Origin: a virus
Lineage: Duplodnaviria; Caudoviricetes
Reading direction: 5' to 3' (one strand)
Virus record (IMG/VR): IMGVR_UViG_3300032232_001064
Span: 1-64,000 of that record
Length of the DNA: 64,000 bases
A program made the position numbers and the translations under genes. Below the pieces are notes generated by a model. It did not search any database and was not told where the DNA came from. It saw only the letters and a list, made by a program, of their open reading frames with translations. Positions 45,055 through 54,400 of this stretch are shown here, piece by piece. Each line of letters starts with the position of its first letter. The stretch's first letter is position 1.

Positions 45055-45627
45055 CTATGTAAGCAATCTTAAAAGTGTGCTCATCTCGGACGACACCTCT
45101 CTTTGAGAAAAGAGGTCGCTGCCGCCCTGGTAGCCGCGAAGCTTGCCGGTTGCTTCGTCCGCGTCTTCTTTGCCGATCTTTGCTTCGACGCGCTTTGTCA
45201 TCTCTTCAATGAGATCTTTCAGCACTGGCGGCAGGTCGGAAAACTTTACTTTGGCGGTGTCTTGACCAAAAGGCAGCGGAAGGTTGGCCATCACTTGGCC
45301 TAAAAGCCTTGCAGATTCACGCACATTCTCAAGAGATTGCGAGTTTAGTGCGCCAGTATCGAGTCTTTCAAGCAACGACTTAAGCTGTTGCGCCGACGAA
45401 GCAGCTTGCTTATAGTTGCCGGCGTTCAGCATGATGTCAAGTTCTTCAGCGCGTTCAAGAGATCGTTGTAGCCCAGACACGCCAAGGTTTTCCTTGATAC
45501 GCGCAAGGACCACACGGAATTTGCCCTTAGCGTCTCGGGGTTGATCCTTGCCAGACGTGTAGATCGTGTTCTCACGATCGTATTTTGCCGCAGCTAAAAC
45601 TGCATCTGGACTAAAAGCCTCAGTCAT
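45055..45627 (-). CDS. Hypothetical head-associated protein (190 aa)
   Basis: Between protease and capsid; 'DQPRDAKGKF' motif. Confidence 0.7.
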   Translation of the reverse strand: MTEAFSPDAVLAAAKYDRENTIYTSGKDQPRDAKGKFRVVLARIKENLGVSGLQRSLERAEELDIMLNAGNYKQAASSAQQLKSLLERLDTGALNSQSLENVRESARLLGQVMANLPLPFGQDTAKVKFSDLPPVLKDLIEEMTKRVEAKIGKEDADEATGKLRGYQGGSDLFSQREVSSEMSTLLRLLT

Positions 45628-48600
45628 TTCTTGCCTACCAGTCCATCAGGAATCAGAGCAAATCTGCAGGTTCCAAGAGGTTCGACAGGCATTGCAAGAA
45701 TCTTGCACTCAGAGCCACCGGCGTACAAGATGCAGTTGCTGCAATTTACGCCTATCTCTGAATTTTTGTTCTCGCTTGCTGGAGTGTATCCAGCCCAAAC
45801 GCCGGTGTCGTCCTCGTTAAACTTGCCGTATTTGCCGGCAATGTCAATCAGCGCCTTAGCGAGATCGCTTTCTTCAGCGATGACTGTTCCAGAACCAGCA
45901 ACTAGTGCTTGATCAGCTAACGCCTTGGGGATATCGACTTCATCAGTTGCCGCTGCAGCCGACTTCTTGTCTTTCTTAGCAGCGTTGATGTTGTCGATCA
46001 TGTTCGGATACGGCCTACCGGCTTTCTTAGCAGCTGCCTTTGCTGCGGCCTTTTGCGCCGGCGTTAGCGGAGTGCTTTCATCTTTTGGATTATCTTTTTC
46101 CCAAACCTTCTTGTCATCACTCTTGTTCGCAAGTTCAGCCCGCGCAGCCGCGACTCGCGCCTTCAACACAGCGACCTCCGGCGTGCTCGTCGCTGTTTCG
46201 ACAGTCGAACGAGCTGAAGCAACACGAGCCTGCAGGTCGTCAACGACATTGTCGTCGATGAGCCCAGCAGTCTTCCACCCCTCGGGGATCAAATCGGCCT
46301 TCTTAAGCGCGCGCGCACGCTTCATGATGTGACGCCGAACAGCTGCACGCTTGCTAGGCTTGGAGCGACCGTACGCTTGAATTGCGTCTTTTAGCTCAGC
46401 AACATCGCGGATCGGGTAAGAACCGTCGGGAAGTGCTTTTCCTTCGCCAGCAAGCTTTTCACGGGTCTTGGTCGAGATGTACCCAAGCTCATCATACGGA
46501 ATACCTGCACGCATCTTGATCGCTAGTGCCTCGGCCTTAGCTGAAAGATCTGCAACGTGCGGAGTATCTTTTGATCCGTTGCGCAGCGCGCGGATCTGGT
46601 CAAGTGTCGAAAGCCCGGCGTGCTCCTCGAGCTTTTCGAGACGCTTTGACAGTTCCTGCAGCGGATCCGTCTTCATCTTTGCAAGCGTCATAGCGCCGGC
46701 CGCAACGAGCGCGTACACCTGGCCACTCGCAACACGAGCGCGAGCGATTGGGAATCCGGGAACGTTGACTTGACAGACTGCCACAAGTTCAAGAGAACCC
46801 TTGATCGGGCGCCAGTCACCAGAAGGGGCTGAAGCGCGTAGCGCTCGAACCTGCTCTGGTCCAGCACCAGGCCGCAAGCTTCCAGCAACCCAGATGCCGT
46901 GCGCATCTTCTCCGGCGTGTACATCTGCGATCGCTGAGCCGGTGTCGTCGTAGTGGCGAGCCGCCTCGACAGCACTTGCCTCCAACGACGCATGCCCGCC
47001 GCTTAGAGTGAGTTGACCGACAGGGTAGTCCTTGCCGTTGTCGGCGCGGACTACGCCTGTGTGAAAGTACGCGTAGTTACTCTTGCTACGCGGAGGTTTG
47101 GTGCCGAACGCCATACCGATGTGGTCAACGTGCCAAGCAGCGATATGACCGAAGACGCGACCGGTGTCGTCTACAGTTAGCGGAGTCGGTCCTGTGAGCT
47201 TGGGGTTTTCAAACCATTCGGCAGGTGGAACGACAGGAATCGCATCAGCGATCATGCCGCACGCTACCAAGGCGTTTGCATCGAGTTCGTCGACCGAATC
47301 GACGTATACTCCGTCTGGAACATTTGCCATTTCGGCCTCCTGTGGACCTTGATTGCCGGCATCTTCGGCGATATAAATCTTGCATTCTTCGAATGCTGGC
47401 TTGGGAACGATAGTAACCGCCATCACTCGTGCCTTATCGACACTGATCTTCGAGTTGCTGATCTTCTTACTCGAAGCCTCGTCGTTTTCGTCCTCGTCTT
47501 TGTCTTCACTCGCCTCGAACTTGTCGAGGTCTGCAGAGACACCGCTGATGAATTTTTCACGGACTAGTCTTTCGGCTTCGCGACCGTACGCTCCGTAGTC
47601 AAACACACCGTGCGCGTTTCCAATGCCGCCGTCAATTCGCTCCATGTGATCAATGCGGCCGACAACGACTGAGCCGTCGTGCCCGTCACCGGTCTTGATC
47701 TGCCACAGTAGAGGCAGCGGAAGCGTGCGCGTGTTGATCGAACCCTTTCTAAAGATTCGACCATCGCCTGTCTCAGTATCTTCTGGAATTACAAGAGGAA
47801 TGACAAACTTTGCTCCGTACATCGGAGTCTCGATCCCGTTGCCGCTAGCGACGACTACACGATTCTTCGCATCTGCAATAGCGGCTCTGAGTCTTGCTTG
47901 CTCGATCACTTGAGCTTCGTCTGCGACATCAAATGCAGTAAACGCACTTGAACGGATATTCCGCTTGCCGACGTTGAACTTACTACCAGTCCACACGCCG
48001 GTTGCTTCCTTGTGGCGAAGTGCGCAGTAGCCTTTTGCGCGAACGCCCATGTACTTAATGAGGTGATGATAGCAACGCGTCCAGTCGCCAGGAGTGTTCC
48101 AGCGGATCTTCAACGCGCCGCGGCCATAGAGCCAGTAGTGACGTAGCTTTTCGGCATTGCCTCTGTTGCGATCAGCTCCACCTTCTGCAAGAAGAGGATT
48201 GATCTCAGCAGTCTGCAGTTCGAGAAGTCTTTTTCCAATGCTGCTAAGTTCAAGGTGTGCCGACGCTGTGACTACACTGTCGACCTGCTGAAGAACGTCT
48301 TGGTAGACCTCTTCGTTCAATGCAACGACAGGCGGTGGCGTCGCTGACTTGAGGTCAGACATGATCTGCTCATCCTGAACCCACTTGCCGTCAACACGCT
48401 TAAATGTTGTCGGTACCGTCGAGTTCGTCGACGCCGGAATTACAGCGACGAGATCCATGACAGCGGCGGGGTCATCAGGCGAAACAACTGCAATGTGAAG
48501 AGGCTGCACATCGCTTGTTTCAGGCGTCAGCGGCTCACCAAGGCCTTCAACAGGCTTTTGCTCAGCATCTACTTCAGGCTTTTCAGTCGTCGCAGCTGAA

Positions 48601-50300
48601 GTGATCGGGCTGTACCAGAGACTATTTCCAGGTTTCTTGAGCCAATTCTGAAGAAGAGGATGGTCGTATGCACTGTCGTATAGACGATGACCAGACGACT
48701 TTTCAAGACCCTTAAGGTAGTCGCTGCGCTCATGTTTCGGAGCATTGTCGCCAGGAGCTTGAACCGTCTTTGGCCCGTTTGCTGTGCTTCCTGCTGGCGT
48801 GGCGGGCGCGTTGGCTGGTTGAACTTTTCCACGCTGCGACGCGACCCACGCAGGGAAGTCAGAAATGATCTGCTGAAGATCAGCCGGACCAAGAGCCGGT
48901 AGTCCGCCAGGAATAGTGGCATTCGGTCGATCAATTGGCGCTCGCGGCTGGCCAAGAATTCCAGACGTATCGAGTGGCGCTTGATCTGTCTTCGGGTCCT
49001 CAGGTTGTTGCACCATTGTCGGAACGTTTTCAGGAGCGTACGCCTCTGTCTGCGTGGCCGGAACTTCCTGAGTCGAACCGTCGTCCATTTTCACGGTCAC
49101 GGTGCCGGTCTGCTGGTTGATTCTCGTGATGCTACCGGTCTTTGTCGGATCACCGCCGACAGAAACACGACCGCCCATCTTCGCGAACTTGCCGCCCTTA
49201 TCGCGGACTTGGCGCTTAGCGTTTGCTGCACGCTCTTTCGGAGTGTAGCCGTCAGGTGTAGCACTAGTCGGAGGAGCGGGAGGAAGCACTTCACCGGCCG
49301 CTATGATTGTCGAATCGACAAGTACCCAGTCAATTTCATCAGCGGCAGCGGCAACAAGTTCGGCCTCATAGTCGTCGAGGTCTTCGACCTGCACAGACGT
49401 GAACGGTCGCTCCTGAAGTCGTGCAGAAATGATCAAGGCAGATTCAGGATCAATAAGTATGTGATGCTTTTCGCACGTATCGTGTGGATGATCCAGCGAC
49501 CGGTCGAAGGTCGCAATGTCGGAACCTGAATGTCCTAGATCGTCCCAGCCGGCTCCGTCCCAAACGAACGCTTGGCCTTCTTGGTTGATCATATATAGAC
49601 GATCAATTCCGGCGCCGTCAAGTCGAACTCGTGCCGCAAACTCAGGCGCGTTTGGTTGGCCCTCGTATGCGCGACCCATCTCGAACATGTCGATATCTGT
49701 GCCGTAGTTTTCGTAGATATCTTCATTGTTCTTGGATACGAAGCCGCCTGCAGATACGGCCTTATTCTCGCGCTCGACGATCTGCTTAGCCCACTTCCAC
49801 GCCGCGTCGCCGCCCCAAAGAGCCCACGCAATCCGTCCGTTCGAGGGATAGTTCTTATGACCGGGTCTGTACCCAGGTGCCTTCTTGTCGACCTCGTGTC
49901 GCGGGAAGTACTTCGCAATGTGACGTACCTTATTGAGTCCGATCTGGCCACCGTTTGCAAGTATGCGTGCGGTGTTCAGTCCGACAGGAGTCCCGCCGCG
50001 ATGATGCTCCTTGTGCCATTCAAGGGCCTTTTTAGCCTCTTCCTGAGCACCCTTAGGAATTGTGTACATCCTAGCAGAAGCGGTAATTGTCTGCACTGAA
50101 AGATCAGAAAGTGCGCCGGCAGCTAGCTCAGAATGAATATCATCTGCTTGCTGAACATCTTGGTTCCACGGCTGTAGCACGAGAAGGTCAGACAGCAGTC
50201 CGACCTCTTCAACCATATTCATTAGCTTGTCGATAACGACGGCGTTAGACCCATCAGCAAAAAGCGCGTAGCGCTCTGCTTCTCCGTAGAGCTCGATCAT
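45624..50300 (-). CDS. Capsid maturation protease polyprotein (1558 aa)
   Basis: Actinophage protease-like region 'PED.ETGDGR.F...LPLPLLWQ...GHDGSVVVGRID', 'SGDWR...LEL.A...VN.PGFP', plus multiple accessory domains. Confidence 0.8.
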   Translation of the reverse strand: MIELYGEAERYALFADGSNAVVIDKLMNMVEEVGLLSDLLVLQPWNQDVQQADDIHSELAAGALSDLSVQTITASARMYTIPKGAQEEAKKALEWHKEHHRGGTPVGLNTARILANGGQIGLNKVRHIAKYFPRHEVDKKAPGYRPGHKNYPSNGRIAWALWGGDAAWKWAKQIVERENKAVSAGGFVSKNNEDIYENYGTDIDMFEMGRAYEGQPNAPEFAARVRLDGAGIDRLYMINQEGQAFVWDGAGWDDLGHSGSDIATFDRSLDHPHDTCEKHHILIDPESALIISARLQERPFTSVQVEDLDDYEAELVAAAADEIDWVLVDSTIIAAGEVLPPAPPTSATPDGYTPKERAANAKRQVRDKGGKFAKMGGRVSVGGDPTKTGSITRINQQTGTVTVKMDDGSTQEVPATQTEAYAPENVPTMVQQPEDPKTDQAPLDTSGILGQPRAPIDRPNATIPGGLPALGPADLQQIISDFPAWVASQRGKVQPANAPATPAGSTANGPKTVQAPGDNAPKHERSDYLKGLEKSSGHRLYDSAYDHPLLQNWLKKPGNSLWYSPITSAATTEKPEVDAEQKPVEGLGEPLTPETSDVQPLHIAVVSPDDPAAVMDLVAVIPASTNSTVPTTFKRVDGKWVQDEQIMSDLKSATPPPVVALNEEVYQDVLQQVDSVVTASAHLELSSIGKRLLELQTAEINPLLAEGGADRNRGNAEKLRHYWLYGRGALKIRWNTPGDWTRCYHHLIKYMGVRAKGYCALRHKEATGVWTGSKFNVGKRNIRSSAFTAFDVADEAQVIEQARLRAAIADAKNRVVVASGNGIETPMYGAKFVIPLVIPEDTETGDGRIFRKGSINTRTLPLPLLWQIKTGDGHDGSVVVGRIDHMERIDGGIGNAHGVFDYGAYGREAERLVREKFISGVSADLDKFEASEDKDEDENDEASSKKISNSKISVDKARVMAVTIVPKPAFEECKIYIAEDAGNQGPQEAEMANVPDGVYVDSVDELDANALVACGMIADAIPVVPPAEWFENPKLTGPTPLTVDDTGRVFGHIAAWHVDHIGMAFGTKPPRSKSNYAYFHTGVVRADNGKDYPVGQLTLSGGHASLEASAVEAARHYDDTGSAIADVHAGEDAHGIWVAGSLRPGAGPEQVRALRASAPSGDWRPIKGSLELVAVCQVNVPGFPIARARVASGQVYALVAAGAMTLAKMKTDPLQELSKRLEKLEEHAGLSTLDQIRALRNGSKDTPHVADLSAKAEALAIKMRAGIPYDELGYISTKTREKLAGEGKALPDGSYPIRDVAELKDAIQAYGRSKPSKRAAVRRHIMKRARALKKADLIPEGWKTAGLIDDNVVDDLQARVASARSTVETATSTPEVAVLKARVAAARAELANKSDDKKVWEKDNPKDESTPLTPAQKAAAKAAAKKAGRPYPNMIDNINAAKKDKKSAAAATDEVDIPKALADQALVAGSGTVIAEESDLAKALIDIAGKYGKFNEDDTGVWAGYTPASENKNSEIGVNCSNCILYAGGSECKILAMPVEPLGTCRFALIPDGLVGKK

Positions 50301-51025
50301 TGTTCAGCACCCTCGCTCTTAGTAGATTCATCAGTGATCGGGCCACCAACGGCCCACGCGTCACATGTGCGGCTTGCCGCGCACTTGAAATCGAATGCCT
50401 CACAGTAGCCAAGTTCGGCCGCATCAATTGCGTCCCACGCATTCTGCCTACTGGAGTCGCCTTGCTCGAGCCCGCTCGCGATGCAGTCTCTCATCTTCGT
50501 AGTGACCACAAAAAAGACGCAATTACCGCAGAGACTCTTTTTTGCTTCGTCAGGAGTTACCGACCAGTTGTCAGCTTTTTGCTGCCAAAATTCGTCGTTG
50601 TCTTCGTTCGGATTTAGAGGACCGTACGCAGCGGCTTTTATTGCGCGTTTGCGATTCTTTAGGTTGACTGTGATGTCCGATGTTGCGACAGGGCACTTGT
50701 CGTCGGCAGCCGCCGTGACAGCGCTTTTCGCAGGCTTCTGTTGAATTCGATCAACAGGGATTGACATCTGCATTTTGTCATATTGATCAATGAACTCAGC
50801 ATCGACAAAGTCTAGAGAGTACTTTGGATCGTCAATGTCATTGATGAACTCCGCATCAACCTTTATCCAACCACCGCGCTCGCGGACAAATGTCGCGCGC
50901 TTTTCAATGCTTGAAAAAACTAGGTATTCGACCTCGCCAGTGTCTGTATCTTCTACTGCATACAGGTCATCGCCTTGTTGCAATTGCTGTGGCCACCTAA
51001 GTTTTTGACCGGTATCTGTAGTCAC
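50297..51025 (-). CDS. Hypothetical protein with C-terminal 4-Cys HiPIP-like domain
   Basis: 'CGNC.FF...GYC..FDFKCAASRTCDAW'. Confidence 0.7.
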   Translation of the reverse strand: MTTDTGQKLRWPQQLQQGDDLYAVEDTDTGEVEYLVFSSIEKRATFVRERGGWIKVDAEFINDIDDPKYSLDFVDAEFIDQYDKMQMSIPVDRIQQKPAKSAVTAAADDKCPVATSDITVNLKNRKRAIKAAAYGPLNPNEDNDEFWQQKADNWSVTPDEAKKSLCGNCVFFVVTTKMRDCIASGLEQGDSSRQNAWDAIDAAELGYCEAFDFKCAASRTCDAWAVGGPITDESTKSEGAEQ

Positions 51026-51393
51026 TTTTCGGTGTCCTTACTTGAATCATCAGCGATTTTGACGCCAGGAATGTCGTCATCCTCGATTGCTCTAATCATA
51101 TACTCAACGCCACCGCTCGAGAATTTAAAGAGACCCTGTTCTTCGCTAAAGACAAACTTTGAGTTTTTGTCTAGAGGATACTGTCCTTGCCCTGTTGGAC
51201 TGACGATCATTACAGCGCCGTTCGGGCCGTACATTAAAGAATTAGGCGATTTGCTTAGATCATATGCAGCGTAGATGACACGTTTTCTACCGTCATACGC
51301 GCCAGACAGGCACTCGAAAATTGCTACTTCAGAAAGTTCATTTCTGTCAGCATTCGGCCCAGACGTGTCGAGTAGCTTTAGTTTACGAGTCAT
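51022..51393 (-). CDS. Hypothetical protein (123 aa)
   Basis: Operon-packed ORF. Confidence 0.6.
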   Translation of the reverse strand: MTRKLKLLDTSGPNADRNELSEVAIFECLSGAYDGRKRVIYAAYDLSKSPNSLMYGPNGAVMIVSPTGQGQYPLDKNSKFVFSEEQGLFKFSSGGVEYMIRAIEDDDIPGVKIADDSSKDTEK

Positions 51394-51411
51394 GCTTAGA
51401 TTCTCCCACGA

Positions 51412-54400
51412 CTAGCGGTAAGCTGGACCGAATTTCTTCAATCCACCGGAGCTTCCATATAGGTAATTAACAATCATTGTTCTGACATCGTCTGGGAGAT
51501 CAAGACGAAGCATTACTAGAAGAGCGTCGTACACATCCTCTCCACTCATTTGACCGCCCCTAAACGCGTACATAATCGCATCGACTGTTTTAAGACGATC
51601 TTGAGCTAGGTCAAATCCTGCTAGTTCCTCACCTGAATGTCCGTATTTTCCAAACTTTACCCATTTAGGACTGTCAGGATCTAAAGCTTGTACTTCTTGA
51701 AGACCAAGTATTGCAAGTCTTCTTGGCTCAGTACTGTTGAAACTCTCTATGCGAAAGACTAATGGAGTGCCGTTGCCTGTTGTTTTGTACGCAATAATTT
51801 GACCTGTCTTTGGATTGTAGAGTGCGATCTTTGGGACGCCTGTTACGCCACCCAAATTATCCATGCCCCAAAGGTCGTAGTTATTAGAAAGAGGGCCGTT
51901 TCGATCGTCTCTTGCCGATTCAATAAAGTCACGAGCGTTCGGCGCGTCCTCTACTAAGCGCTCTCCAAATTTTTCAAGTTCTGCTTTCTCAAAACGGCCT
52001 CTTTCAGTTACTGGTCCTCGTCCTGCGATTCCAATGAAATCTTCAATTGGGATTCCGTTGATTTCGGAGACGTTTCTTTGTCTAAGAAGATCAAGGACCA
52101 CAGTTCTTTGGTCTTCACTGACAACGATGGCTGTTGCGTCCAACAGCGACGCGTGGTTCTTGAGCATAAACTCGTAGTATCCAGTGCCAATGTTAGCAAG
52201 ATAGTCGTCATGTGCTGCGGTAGCGCCAAATAGATCATCGCTGTTGGCCCACGTGTCAACTCTACGAAGCACTTTGTGATCATCGAAGATCACTGTAGCT
52301 GTTCCAGAATATGTTAGGTGCTCGTCTATGAGATGCGGACTCTGCATCTCTCCTTTTTGAGAAAGAAACACGTAGTCACCTGCACCTGACTTAAGGTCGT
52401 CAGACGTGCTAAGACCTTCGTAAATGAGTCCAAGTTGGAATCGCTGAGCCGCTGACATCAAAGCTCCCGGGCTGTTGTCCCCGTTCAAAATGATGTTTAC
52501 AAGATATTCGGCTTTTCTTTCAGCTGTTACGCCATGCAGACTAAAGTCGTGAGTTAGACCGCTTAATTTAGTTTTTTCAATGATCTTGTCAGCTAACTCT
52601 TGTGGACCGAGAACGTCGATAAAACCAGATGAGTTGGTTCTGACTGTAAAGTCTTCAGGTGCTACGCCAAAATCTTTTTTAATCTGAGCAAGGTAGTATT
52701 CTGCATCAGTTGGATTTCGAACTCCAGAAAGTGATCGTATGAGTTTTTTTCCAACAGCAAGATGAAGATCAGCCGGCGCGGCCTGACGTGGTTCTTTGAC
52801 CCCTAACACAGCAAGCGCGTCTTGGACTGCCTCGTCTGACGGATACGTTTCACTAAACTCTATGTTGACAGCGTTAGCCGTCACACTAGGTTTCTGGCCA
52901 TGCAGTTGCGAAAAATCTCTTGGCATCGCAACGATACGAAATCGCTTGTCAGGATCGAGATACTCAAATGCTTCTGTATTTGCGCCGTACACGTAATCAG
53001 ACCAAGACATTTTGCTTGGGTCTGAACTAAATGTTCCTGATACAGGATCGAATGTTCTGTATTCGATTCCTGAACCTTCTTTATGCTGTTTCCATCCGTC
53101 TTTTTTGCCACGCGCCTTGTTGTAGAGCTTAAATCCAGTAGCTTCAGTAAGCTTTAATGTCATTACGTGGCGAAGTTCCTGTCCACCGAGGTCGTCCGAC
53201 TTTGAGCCGAACCTCTCAAGTACGCTGACTTTTACCACAAGGTCCTCAATGTCATCGCCGTCGACAAGTGACGCCATGATCGCTTGCGGCGTCCCTGACG
53301 TCTTACTCATTGCCTCTTGAAGCGACCCAGAACCTTCAATGTGCGATGAACTAAAGTCACCGATAGGAAGCACGTTTGGATCGACTTCAGGTGCTTCTAC
53401 GGGCTCGGGCGCGACAGGTTCTGGAGTTTCAGTAGCGGGTGGCTTGTCTATTGATTCAAGACGAATTCTTGTTGTTGGAAGAAACTCTGTGATCTCGCCG
53501 TATTCTTCGTCAACAGAGAGTGGCATCATGTACGGCTCAACCGAAACGACGCGGTATTTGCCGTTTGACACGACAGACTCGACTTCGTAGGGGAGTGCTG
53601 ACGTTCCAGAAATATTAAATGCTTGAACACCATCAACTACGAGTACGACATCTCCAGTGTCCAAAAGCTGTGACTTAGCATAGTCAGACGGCGATCCTTG
53701 AAAAGCGCCATTGTCAAATTCTCTGACTACGTTTCCTAGGTTGTTCTCGAAAGTCCACGAAGACGGACGAAGATCGAACTCTTGGCCGACGTACGACAAC
53801 TGATGCAGCGGGTGCGATTCATCATTGAGCGGCACGTCAAACTTGACCCAACGGGCGTATGACGTGTTCTCTTTTACGCCAGCCGAACGCATTGCCCGCA
53901 GGAATGCTGACGCCGGCGTCATCTCTTTGTCAATCAGCGATGGATCGTCGTAGTACCGAGCAAGGTCAGTGTAGAACGACTCAGGCGTGAGCTTTCCTTT
54001 ACCGATCATGGTCATGTAGACGTAATCTTCAACGCCCGTTATCGGCTTGTCTTTTGGAGTTCTTTTGAATGTTGAAGTCTCCTTCATTGCTTCTTGCGGA
54101 CCAGCCTCTGTGAATATTGCTATTCCAGCGCGTAGGTTCTGCAGCAACGCGAATTCTTCTGATGCGGCATAGAGTGCGTCAGAATCTCCAAGCATTTCAA
54201 TCATCTCTATCGCATTTGTAGCTTCTTGATCAACTACTCCAGAATCTCTAAACTCAGCGAGGTGATTGACCCAATTTGCGGTGAACTCTGATCCAACGGC
54301 GTTCGGTCCCTCGGCGATCATCTTTTCGAGCAACTCTTTGTCGCGCGGTGTGTGATCTGGAGCGGCGTTCGAACCCTCCTGCGTGAGGTCGGGTGTCGCG

